A stretch of 64,000 nucleotides of DNA from NCBI GenBank assembly GCA_964035545.1, contig OZ037765.1, forward strand, positions 8,814,698-8,878,697, in the 5' to 3' direction. Below are positions 12,093 to 23,679 of this stretch, in pieces. The stretch comes from Bugula neritina (Eukaryota; Animalia; Bryozoa). The position numbers and the translations under genes were made by a program. How positions within the stretch are numbered: the stretch's first letter is position 1; every line of letters starts with the position of its first letter. The notes under the pieces were generated by a model. The model did not search any database. It worked only from the letters and a program-made list of their open reading frames with translations, and had not been told where the DNA came from.

Positions 12093-12657
12093 GGTTCAGG
12101 TCATTTCGTATACAAGTTGTTTCGTACCCACTTCTTTAGGTCGTTTCGTGCACACCTGATAGGTCGTTTCGTACACATCAATATTAATTAACTAAATATA
12201 TATTTTTTGATATTTATATATTTTTTGATGTACTGATACTGATACAGAACTTTCCACAAGTAACTTGCACATTTTATTTCACCGCAGGCGCATGCTTATT
12301 TATTATTGTGATAATAATATGTAGATGTTAGGAGGAAACTGCTCTTTTGGTTTAGATATTGTTATCAGTAAATGGCAGCACATAGTCATAGTTGATGAAT
12401 ATATTTTTTTGTCTCAAAAAACATGCTGAGAAAGAGGGAGAGAGAGAGGGGGGAGGGAAGAGAGAGAGGGAGAGAGAGAGGGGGGAGGGGAGAGAGAGGG
12501 GGGGAGAGGGAGAGAGCTGGGGTGCAAGGAATAAGTAAACTACTACTAGTAGTATCATTCAAGTGTTTATCCAGTGGATTAATTTGTTATTTATTTTGTG
12601 TACGAAATGAACAGCTGTACGAAATGGATAGCAGCTTATGTGCGAAATGACTGGTTT
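12093..12657. mobile_element. Degenerate non-autonomous DNA transposon with inverted subterminal TTTCGTAC repeats and an internal GA-rich microsatellite (~12430-12516)
   Basis: Left end has GGTCATTTCGTA/GTTTCGTAC repeats; right end has GTACGAAATG repeats ending CGAAATGACTGG. TSD not resolved. Confidence 0.6.
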
Positions 12658-13133
12658 AGGGAATAACCCAAGCATAATGAATTGAACAGTAATATGAATA
12701 AGTTATTATTACTATTAATGTAAAAGTTTTATAATTATATTAGATAATGTTAATTGTAGTTATTGTGGTATTATCATGATTATAATTTTAGTAATAAGAT
12801 TATCATAAGCATAAAAATTTCAGTGTGGATCTGAGTGACTCTTATCTAAAAAAAGTGGATTGTGGGTATTAATCAATTATTATGCAAATAATACAGATTG
12901 CAAACGTTACAGTTCTAACTTTAAATAAATAGAAAATGAGATATCTCGTTGTGTATTCAAATGCATGTGTGTAAAGTGTAAACTATATTAATTCAATTGG
13001 TACTGCTATTGAAAGTAAAAGGTTCTGTGGTGAAATTGTTTTAGGGTTGTGACAGATCATTTTTTATCACTGAAATAAAGTAGACTATCAAACTTTACAC
13101 GCAAAATATTTCAACACATTTTACTATCATCTT

Positions 13134-13309
13134 ACTGAGCAATTAGAGGTTAGAGCGTTTGCCTAGGTCATGGGTTCAAACCCTGAAAAAGACCATTAGT
13201 GATGTTAGGAAGAGCATCCAGTCATAATTGCTCCTGTGCCTCATCTAAATAAGTCTTAAACCCGCTTTAACAAACACCCTTTCCATTAGGGGTTTCTCAC
13301 AGGGAGTTT
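13134..13309 (+). mobile_element. tRNA-derived SINE with 15-bp target-site duplication
   Basis: A-box-like GGTTAGAGCG, B-box GGTTCAAACC, core GATGTTAGGAAGAGCATCCAGTCATAATTGCTCCT. TSD TTTTACTATCATCTT at 13119-13133 and 13310-13324. Related copy at ~46160-46260 (-). Confidence 0.75.
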
Positions 13310-13567
13310 TTTTACTATCATCTTGCTATCACCTTGCAATGTGTCATCTGTGACTAGCATATAGAATATGACTAACTGCTAGTAATAATATTGAAGTGGT
13401 AGTACAGTTGATTGAATTATAGTATAATTTTGTCAAATATTCTTTTACAGACCCAATGCTTTGTATCAAGTCCTAATTAAAATCTCACTGTTGAACAAAG
13501 GAAGTGCTTGCCTAACTGGATACTGTTGAATGATTAACAAAGAAGGGAAGCTCAACATAGATTCATA

Positions 13568-15767
13568 AGTAAGCTGACTAGAATTTGTTTTGATAAAAGA
13601 AAACAGCTCACTCGTGAAAAGTGTATTGTTCTAATCCTTATCATATTACTGTAACTTATTAACCATTATTCGCAATACTTTGGAGTTGTTGATACCTGAA
13701 AGTTTCCCATATAGTACTCTTCATGCTTGGATTTCAATACTTTAGCAGCGCTTTTATAGAGATTAGAAACTAAATATTTTTTTATAGCAGATAGGCTAGC
13801 TTTTCTAGCATCTTTTTTCAAGAGCTCTTGTATGGAAATATTTACAGTTGAGTTTATAGTTCAGGAAAAGAGTGATTTATCAATTAGTTGTGAACAAATA
13901 AAATAAATACCCATCATGAGTACTCAATATTTTCTAATGTTGAGAAAAAGTCAAGTTTCTCATTCAAAGCAACCCATATGTGTTATGGGGAACATTCATG
14001 AAAAAAAGGTTATTGACCTAATTTGCTTGTGTTCAGAATTTCATAATGATAGTTCTAGTAGAATGACCATTAGAGCTAAATTATACTAATTTGACTATTG
14101 AAGAGCTACCATGATATTGCAATTTAAGCCATCTTGGTTAATACAACTCTCCCTTTAATTCTTTAAAATATTATACGTAGTAAAAACCAACAATTGTCCT
14201 GAGATTTGATTTAATTCAATATGATTGCAAACCACATATAATTTAAAAACATAAATTCTTATTTTTCTGTACAACATATTATAAACTAAAACATAGCCCA
14301 ATAGAAATTAATTGTTATACTACTGCCCTGTATCTATAATGTACAGGCGATGTTTTTAGACTATAAAATTAATATAAATAAGGAACTTTAACAATAAACA
14401 TATTTCCATGAAAATTATTAGTATATTAGATCTAGGTGTTAGTTAGGATAATTCTGGCCAAAAACCAAAGAGAGTACACAAGTACACTGTTAGTTATCTG
14501 AAATATCCTAAGATAGTAACAAAAAAGGATCTTCTTATAAGCATGAGAATCATACTCAACATGTATGCTGGGGTCTTGTATTCATATTGTTATTCCATTT
14601 TTTAATTTGATTTTAGTGGCTCAAGGACCCAAGCCTGCTCTCAAGCCTAACGCAGCTTATTTATGCTCATTTAATTTTATTTTCAAGCTACTGGAAATGG
14701 TGAGTCATAGTTTATTATATCCGACTATGATTTTGTTGATATGCATGCACGTGTCCAATTTCATTATGTTGACATTATGTAGCACCATTTGTTATATTAT
14801 GATAGTTTGTGTTTCTTTTGTAGGGTCTCTCCCTTGCTTCACTGATTCTGGCTGTATCCTTTGATGGGAGTGGTGCTATCATCTGTATTGAAATAGTAGT
14901 AGCCTTGGTGTTAGTGACAGCAATATCATGGTGTGTGCTTTATGCTATCAACATGAATGCCCGATTTCCTGAATTTTTCCCAACATTGGTAAGCATTAAT
15001 TCCTCCTTTCAGGTATATAAAATACAAGTATATCATCTCAACAACAAATGTAGTGAAACAAGCTGGTCTTATTTGTGTCTGAATTCAACTTTGGTGCTCA
15101 AAAACTAATTCAATCTGCAAGCTTTATCAACACTTAATTTAACTTAAATGGCTAAAAACTTGAGCCACCTGCTGGAAGAGACCCATGACTTGGCTAGTCT
15201 GTGGTATTTTATACATCTCTCCACTGTTGGCTCCTGAAATATAATAATTTCTCAGCATAATATTATGATTTGTTTTACTAAACTTGGTAGTATTTAATCT
15301 TTTTTAGATGTTTGGGTATCATTTGGTTATGTGTTTGATGATGATAGCAGCTACTGCATGCGCTGCATACTTATGGCCTCAATTTAAGACGTCGTTATAT
15401 CCGCAGTATCTCATCTGTACCGTGAGTAGTTTGTGCCTAGCTTTGTTCTTTTTATATATGCCATTGTTTTCAATTTAAGTCTTCGTGGACAAAATTTTAA
15501 TACAATTTTTATAAAAAATTATCTCTACAAGTTTAGTGGCTCGATTTCGAATACTGGAAAATATTTCTAATCTGTGAAAATGCTGTGGTATTGATCAATT
15601 CTTCTTCATAACAGACAATAGTTTTATTTTACTTTCAGTTTACATGCGCAGCAACTCTTCTGCTACTCCTCATTGACACAGTGTTGAACTTCCTGTGGCT
15701 CAGGGGATCTGGCCAGGAGATTGTTACATACCCTTGCTCCCCATATGAGGCGGAACTCACTATTTAG
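13568..15767 (+). CDS. MARVEL-domain four-TM protein (CKLF/CMTM/plasmolipin-like), ~163 aa; exons (13451-)13568, 14617-14699, 14824-14988, 15308-15421, 15639-15767
   Basis: Spliced translation (M)AQGPKPALKPNAAYLCSFNFIFKLLEM-GLSLASLILAVSF...-MFGYHLVMCLMMIAATACAAYLW...-FTCAATLLLLLIDTVLNFLWLRG...* has four hydrophobic helices and the N.xYL.S...KLLE motif typical of MARVEL helix 1. Internal introns are phase 0, GT-AG. The first exon is less certain. Confidence 0.8.
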
Positions 15768-16507
15768 GTTTATCTTGGTGGTCGTATGCAATTACTAGTC
15801 ATTCCACTTCTCGGTCTACTCATGAGTTTTAGCTTTATTTTAGTGTCTTGCTGACAAAAATTGTTTAGCAACTTTCTTCTTGTCCATTAATTTCACAGGG
15901 TATTTTTCTGTGTAATGTTCTTTCACTAGTTAAAATAGCTTTTGTGTAGTAGGAAGTTTACTGCATAATGTTCAACTCATTTCCAAAGTAATAGATAGTG
16001 GCTGGGCTACTTTTACCTACTGAATTCTCACACCACGTGTTCATCTTTTAATCACATGCTTTAGGATTTAATCTGTTCACTTTTTATCAATATTTTTATA
16101 ATGAAATTTTATATAAATAGTCTCACTTGTTATAAGTGTGTTTTTACCTTGAACCATCAACAAAGTTTTTGTATCAATAACATTTTTCTTAGATCAATGA
16201 AGTATAAATAGTATTGCAACTTGCATAATGATTATGCATACATCATGTTTCACTAAAGTGTCTAATAACAAATATCAAATATTATATTGTTATAAACCTT
16301 ATTTACTGTATATGAATGCAAAAACCATGTTTCAGCAAAAAATATTTACATTTTTAATAAAGCATAATAAATTATTTACATATATTAAGCAGAAAAATAA
16401 GTAATAAATAATGAGGTGTATACAACTGTTAGACTTTAAAATGTTTTCACTTTAAATCATTTAGTTTCATAGTTGATAAAATAGAGAGAAAATGGTAACA
16501 ACTAGAT

Positions 16508-19500
16508 TCATTTTATCAAGTTCTCTAGTTTGTAAATAGTGGCTGAATCGAGATGACAAAGATCGAAATCAAAAGATGTGTCTGTCAGTTTATACTGACT
16601 TGTTTCCTCTATTATATCAACAAACCTGTAAAATAGGTATATATTGAAGTAAGATACTTCTTTATTCAAGGTAAGATAACTCTAACAAGGGTCTAAGAGT
16701 AGTGATTATATAAACTCCATAACGGAGGGTTGGTTGTAAACAAAATGCTAATGAAACTGCAGAAACAATTGCCAACAAAAAAAGATAATATTGATAACAA
16801 ATGACCCACCTTTGTAAGAGGTTGCGGTCTTCTGTTCCCTTTATCTTCTCATGTAAATCTAACAACACATCTACTGGGACACCATTGGGTCCTTTAACAA
16901 CCCCTCCAGAGTTTCTTTCACTCTGAAATATTCAAAACAACACAATATTGCACTTCATTCCCACATTAAATTATCAAGATGCACAAAAAGATGCTAAATA
17001 ATGTCTAGGCACAAGTGTATGTTAACATTATAGTGGCAAACTTAGCAACAAAATTCTCGTGCATAGCATCAAAATACTCAGTATTCCCACTGTAAAACCT
17101 GGAAACTTTTTCCAGTAGAACTATTCTCCAAGTTGCAACAGTTATTTTTCAACAAAAAAAGCTTACTACTTCATATAAACAAGCACTTTTGAAATATTAT
17201 GCTGCAAATTACCTTTTTTGCCGGTCTTGAAAGTTTCGCCTTCTTAGATATTTGGCTACTGCTGGAAATGTGGTTGGAATCAGAAATACGCTTAACACTG
17301 CTGTTGTTGTTAAAATTTTCATCATCAGATGATTCGGAAGCAGAGAGTGCAGCTATAAAAAAATTTGTTGCAAAAAAATTCGTAATGAAATCTGAACTTG
17401 TCTTGACATGCTATAAAATAATTAAAATACTGTAGAACTCAATACATAACGAAACACAACATTTGACTAATATAAAAAGTTAACAGTATAAACTATAGAG
17501 CTTGCCTTTAAACAAAAATTAAATTAATTTCTCCAACAGAAAACTGCCAGACTTTTGACAAAATGCAGTTGTTTCAAGCTACATAAAAGCACGTTAAAAA
17601 CGTCAAAATATTTTTTCAAAAGAAAACTATTGAAAATCACATTCATTAAAATCAGACCGTTTAAATATGATGGAAAGGAATGGGATGGCAAGGGATGGCA
17701 GTGCTAAGTATTGAAATAGCCTTGTCAATACACCACATAAAAATATTATGACATACCACAATTTATTTACTAGGTTACCTCTTATTCTAATGTCTATTTG
17801 TTTAAACTCATTATATACCATTTTTTGCCCCATCAATATACAAGCCAGTTGTTATTCTGTCACTTTTTATCTACATGTATTTTTATGTCAGTTACTTGTT
17901 AGCTTCAATACAATACAGTCATACCTTCTACTCTACAGCCAATCTTATTTATACGTGTGTAATCTTACTGTTTACTCTTTTACAAGAACACAACAGGTAG
18001 AGGCAACTCAACATAAAGAGGCTGGGGTACCAATTCGGACAGAGCCAATTACCCAAACATTGTTTAATTCAATTCCATATATTCCACTGTGCCAGTTGCT
18101 CGTTTATATGAACTGCAGCCAATATTTAAAGTACTCACGGATTTTGCTTTTAGTAGTTTGAGAACCTGATCTTATTGGTGGAGAATGAGATGGGTCGGAT
18201 GACTCATCACTGCTGCTGCTGCTACTCGATGAGGAGCTGTCACTGTTGGATCCATCCATCTGGTCACTACCAGCTGACAGCAAACAAGAACTAATGACAA
18301 AGCTTATTCTTTGGACCATAACTACTATCTTTAAATAATATATGCTAAAAAATATTTTCACCAGTCAAATTTGAACTCCTATGGCACAAAATTCCTCAAA
18401 CAAGTGTGACTCAATTCTTTACCTCCTACACCAACTAACTAACTGTGAAAAAGAGCAGCTAAAGAGTTAGCAACAAGAGGCTAGGTATTTCATGCCATGA
18501 TTTAAAGTAATTGTAAACATGACTAAATGCATTTTTTTGATGATGTAGGAATAGCCTGAGGTGAGCATACGCATAATTTATACACCTCATTATTTTGGAG
18601 TTGAGTAGCCATTGAAATTTCTATTCATTGCTATGCAAATGTAATCACAGGCCTGTTTTTGCATACCCCCCTCACATTTACAGTTAAGAACATTTTGAAA
18701 CACAGGTCATTGGACATACTGCATGAAGAAAAAACATTGAAACTGCTTACGTAGTGCTATTAGGGCAGGTGAAGGGTTTTTAAGCATAACAAGTTTATTG
18801 CTAATTGCTATACACAAAAACTGCACTTACTTTTATTGGAAGCATCTTCATTGTATCTTGAGTGACTAAACAAAGAGCTAAAAATAGATGACACATTTTA
18901 ATATTGATTATAATACAAATGACAGTATTCAAAATCTAAACTGGAATGTATATGATTCACTGTATTCACATACATGCATCAACAATAATGCAGATGTCAA
19001 GTTCTACTTTATGCTTACTCATTGAAATCAGGTTTGGCTTTGGCTTTGCTCTTTGATTTCTTATGCTTATTTATGGTGTCTTTATGCTTCTTCTTCTGTA
19101 TAAAAAACAGGAAATGGAGTTATAATTAGCAGAAAAATTCTTTTCACTCTTTCAAATGAAAAACCTAATAATTTAATATGATAATGACAATATGTAGACC
19201 AGAGAGAGCTAGCTGTATAAACTGTTCAAGCGTTGACAATATAAACTCCTGGTAGTGATTACCTTTTCTTTTTTCTCTTCATCGCTCAGTTTTAGTTTAG
19301 AAGAGCGGTTATCTGTTGTCATGGTGACCATTTGATTAGCCTGTCTTTCCCCCTCTACACTTTCGGACTTGGTCTCTTTCTATAATAATAAACACTTAAT
19401 AATCATTAACATTGTAGAAGTACTTTTTAAAAAAAAACCTGCTAAATAAAATCTACATTTATCAAACGAATTATAAATTCTTAGATCCATGAATTAACAC

Positions 19501-21018
19501 CAGATTATGTGCAATAAGGCCTACGATACTAACAAAAATTTTTTTAATTGCAGCACTTAAATATGGACAATATTATACCAATAGAAAATATTTAGAAGTC
19601 TTGCTTTCAATATACTTTATGCTCATTTTTGTAGTACAAATAACTCCAGATACCCAAATGGATAAAAAAAAATTTCAAGACTTTTTAATAATAAAGCAAG
19701 TATCAGACACTCTAAATTTTAAAAGAAGCTGTTTGATTAAGTTGGTAAAAACACTTGTTCCAACAATGTAAGTTTAGCTTAGAAATAACTCCACAATCAG
19801 GCACTACAAAGTCATGCCTCGCGTGAGTGTTGATGCATGTTTTAAAAAATTTACAATGTGAGACTGACAGGCACTATATGTACTGTGAGTAGATTACAAC
19901 TTACCGCCCCGCCAGCTTTCAGTTTGGCTCTAAACTCCGGGGGAGTGTTTTTAAACAACAGCCTCTCTTGACGAAAGTGCTTCACAGGTGGTTGGCCATC
20001 TCCAGGCAGGTATAAATCATACTCGTAGTGTATGACATTCTCACCTTTGTGACAAGTTTCATTGCTGAAATGTATCTCCAGTTTTAGAGCAAAGCTTGCA
20101 TATCCACTTTCGCATATCATATACGGAGGTGAGGTCACAACTGTTAAATATGAAATTATGTACGTTATAATAAACTGTTACAGATATAAGACATATAATT
20201 ACTAAGAAATGTGACCTAATGCTAGTCATTGATTGTATATACCAGCAATAATGATAATTTATAATATAAATCGAAATTTTAATGCAAACCTAAGATGTTA
20301 CTTTTTAATATGAAGAGCAGGCAGAAGTATATTTAGTAAAGTAAAACTTGAACTGGTTTAACAAAATTCATAACACATGAGTATTCCAAAGCACTAATCA
20401 CAGACTGTTTGAAAAGCAGGATAACATACGACACACAAAATCTGCTCTTTGTCTGCTGCACTGAAAAGTGATGCAAACATAAACCTTAGAGATCAATGAT
20501 ACAAATACAGAGAGTAAATGTAACTAAAATATATTAATTAATAAAATACCTTGAACAGGGTTCTCAAAAGTTTCATGAAGTTTGAATACAACTTTATCAA
20601 CGAATTCTTCAATAGCAATGCCTTCAGCACCTTGAACATAAGCACTCCAGTTGTGAGTATAGCCCGTGGGGTGAGGGCTCACTCTATGAGAGGCTTTGTG
20701 CCCGATGTTCAGCAACACCGCTATGATCTGCAAGAGAAGAATTAGTAAAAAATTTATTCAGATGCAAGCAAAATTCAACTGAACATTATACAAACAAGCA
20801 TTGTGGTCTTGAATTAGATTATAAAATATGAATACACATAATTTCATTACTGATACATTTCTTCATACTACTTTATAAATCAACCACTTTTTTTTTATAA
20901 AACTATCATTAGAAAAAATTACAATTTACTTGTTCGCAATGAATGTGCACCTGTGAGTAATGTATTTAATCAATGTAGTAAATATTTTACATATACTTGC
21001 CGAATCTGTTGAAGACAT
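16508..21018 (-). CDS. MLLT1: ENL/AF9 (MLLT1/MLLT3-like) YEATS-domain protein; coding exons approx. 21001-21018, 20550-20727, 19905-20141, 19263-19379, 19020-19096, ~18830-18878, 18139-18274, 17213-17353, 16810-16922, 16508-16625
   Basis: N-terminal YEATS domain (IGHKAS...THNWSAYVQG...FVDKVVFKLHETF...PPYMICESGYASF), Lys- and Ser-rich linker, C-terminal ANC1-homology domain (SFDFDLCHLDSATIYKLENL*). Probably a single invertebrate co-ortholog of MLLT1/MLLT3. Confidence 0.92.
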
Positions 21019-21539
21019 CTTTCATGAGGCACATGAAATCTAAAACATTAGTATTTATTTATCACATGCTAGATATATACTACCTTAAGTTTACAACTAG
21101 AAGTTTTTTATTTCATATCAACACGGTGATTTGTCAGTTTTATTGTTGAAAAATGTGCTAAAAAATGAATCTAAATAGTCACACTGAGTTTGAATATATA
21201 CAACAGGTAACCATTATATACAAAAATAGCCATATGTCGTTGTAAGACCAGATTTAACAAAGTTTAAGCATTCAAGAGTTATGGTTAACCATGTTGATGC
21301 ATCAAAGAAAATAAATAAAACCCTGAGACCGAGAGATGACCATAACTTTCGAACCTTTGGCTTGTATCTTCATAAAACATGGTAATGTTAAAATTTTTAT
21401 TGAATATGATTACTTATTAATTGTGTTATCCAAGTTCAACACTTACAGAAAACGTGAGTGAGTGAGTAATTTTAATTCCAGCAATAACACCAACAGACTG
21501 AACATCATCAGTATGACTATAAGATGGAGTAACAGTAAA

Positions 21540-22200
21540 ATATATAACTATTTTAATTGATTAATATACTAATAGTAATACTAATACCAGTAGACGTAGT
21601 AATACTTGACTGAGTCTCATAGTTTACTTTAAGTTGTACTACCAGTACATATACTAATACAGTAATACTAATAGTTATACTTAATCTTAGACTTATACTT
21701 ATAGTTGAACTTAATGTTATACTTATAAATATAAATAATAATTATAATATTACATTTAAACTAAGACTAAGAGTAAGATTAAGAGTAAGTCTAAGTTTAA
21801 TACTAATACTAATAGACATAGTAATACTAATAGTAATACTTATAGTTATACTAATAGTAATAGTAATACTACTGCTATTTGTATAACTAGTATCACTATG
21901 ATTACTATAATTAGTATTACTATTACTATAAGTATAAGTAATATATTTACTGTTTAGTAATAGTAATACTAATGCTAATACTAATAGTAATAGTTATACT
22001 TATAGTAATACTCAAATAGTAATATTTTTAGTATCAGTGTGAATAAAACTCAACAGCTAAACTTAAAGTTAACCTAATATACTGATAGAGGATAGTCATA
22101 CTCATAGTGATACTGATACTCCATACCGGTACTCGTAAATCAAAATTAATTAAAATATTAATATTTATAATTATATTAATAATCATAATCATAATGATAA
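21540..22200. repeat. 6-bp-periodic low-complexity tract upstream of the ENL/AF9 gene
   Basis: taa tac taa tag taa tac...; taa gac taa gag taa gat taa gag taa gtc taa gtt. Confidence 0.75.
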
Positions 22201-22976
22201 TGATATATTACAATTTATCATTATAAAATTAAAAATAAATATAATAGCCGAAACAGGACTGTGAAAATAGGCGAAGTGAGAAAATTATGTTACAATTATT
22301 ATTGTAATTATTAATATAACCATTAGAACTAAATATTTTAGGGCAATATATAGGCTTGCACCCCAGGGAAAAAAATAGTAATTTGAGATATTTACATTCA
22401 CACGCAGTGACCAATCCCCGTGACAGCCACCGCTATGACCAATTTGATAATATTTGATCTGGCGAAGACAGATTTTAGACGTAGATATCATGTGGGAGAC
22501 GGAGTAATTGCGCCAATTTTGTATAGGAAAGATAATTCTAGATTTAAACACTGTTGCGTATTTAGTCTAGAGCTGACCTCACAGCTAAACCTCGAAAAAT
22601 TACATTTTTTACACCTTTTTAGTGGGCCACTATAAACCACTTGTTTCTAAATGAAAACATGGTAATGGTTCTAAATTCACAAACTCTATAATCCTATTTT
22701 CACCAAAACCAATGTTATTTGGATAGACAAATAGACATGATGATGAAAATACGAGCACATCTTGATCCAGTCTAGAAGTAATCTTACCCTCATTACACTT
22801 TAAGGGTGGGCCACACAATTCTTTTTAGAAATTGAGAACTTTAGAGGTCCTAATCAATCTGTGAAAGCTCTAGATTGGGCTGCACCTCTAGTTAGCCATA
22901 AAAGCTCTCCAAACTTTTGAAACAGATAAGGAGTTGTCTTTCCCTACTTTTTGTATGAATCTTGGAATTATAAAAG

Positions 22977-22978
<2 letters not shown>

Positions 22979-23030
<52 letters not shown>

Positions 23031-23045
23031 CACACATATATATAT
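22979..23045. repeat. (TA)n microsatellite
   Basis: Over 20 consecutive TA units. Confidence 0.95.
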
Positions 23046-23679
23046 TTATGTAAAGCTATATTTTATATTAAAAGGAAAGCTGAGAACTTGGAAGCATTGA
23101 GATTGAAGATGTTCAACGAGTGTAGTAGAAGCTGGAGAGGAATTTGCCAATGTGTTGTGGTAGCAGACATCAGTGAAATACATCGAACATGGATTTATTA
23201 AAATTATTCCACAATCTAATGAATTTATAAGATTTTATTTTTGATTAATTTTGTACAATAAATAATGATTTGACAGAATATGAATAGTACAACTTACTGC
23301 ACTTAGTACTACAAAAAGCACCACAGTAGACCAGCCCACATTGTTTCAGAAAATAAAATAATAATTTACTACAATACTATCTATGCGAATGCTAAAAATA
23401 CTGTATATATAATAATACTTAAAGCATAGCTAATAAATTACATGTATACATGAAAAACATAATAGAGCAGTGATGAAGCAGACATAGTATATGCCTTCCA
23501 GTGTATGGAGGTCTAAAAGTCAAAAACTCAGCTTTAATGTCTAAATATAACCAGTCATCTGATACAAAACTATAATTGAAGTGTTTTCAAAACTTACACA
23601 ACAGCTGCAAACTTCAACTTAGATGCTATTGCTAGTTTACAATTACACTGAAGAAATATTAGGATAGACAGTGGAAAAC

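Noticed and set aside
12352-12650. ORFs with RGE/PSL repeats
   Set aside because: Translations of the GA-rich microsatellite inside a MITE.
13140-13195. Possible tRNA gene
   Set aside because: Pol III boxes are present but no complete cloverleaf; it is embedded in a TSD-flanked SINE.
15768-16507. Overlapping 3' UTRs of the convergent MARVEL and ENL/AF9 genes
   Set aside because: AATAAA positions (16356 on +, 15834 on -) would allow overlap, but alternative ATTAAA signals exist in this AT-rich DNA; undecidable without 3'-end data.
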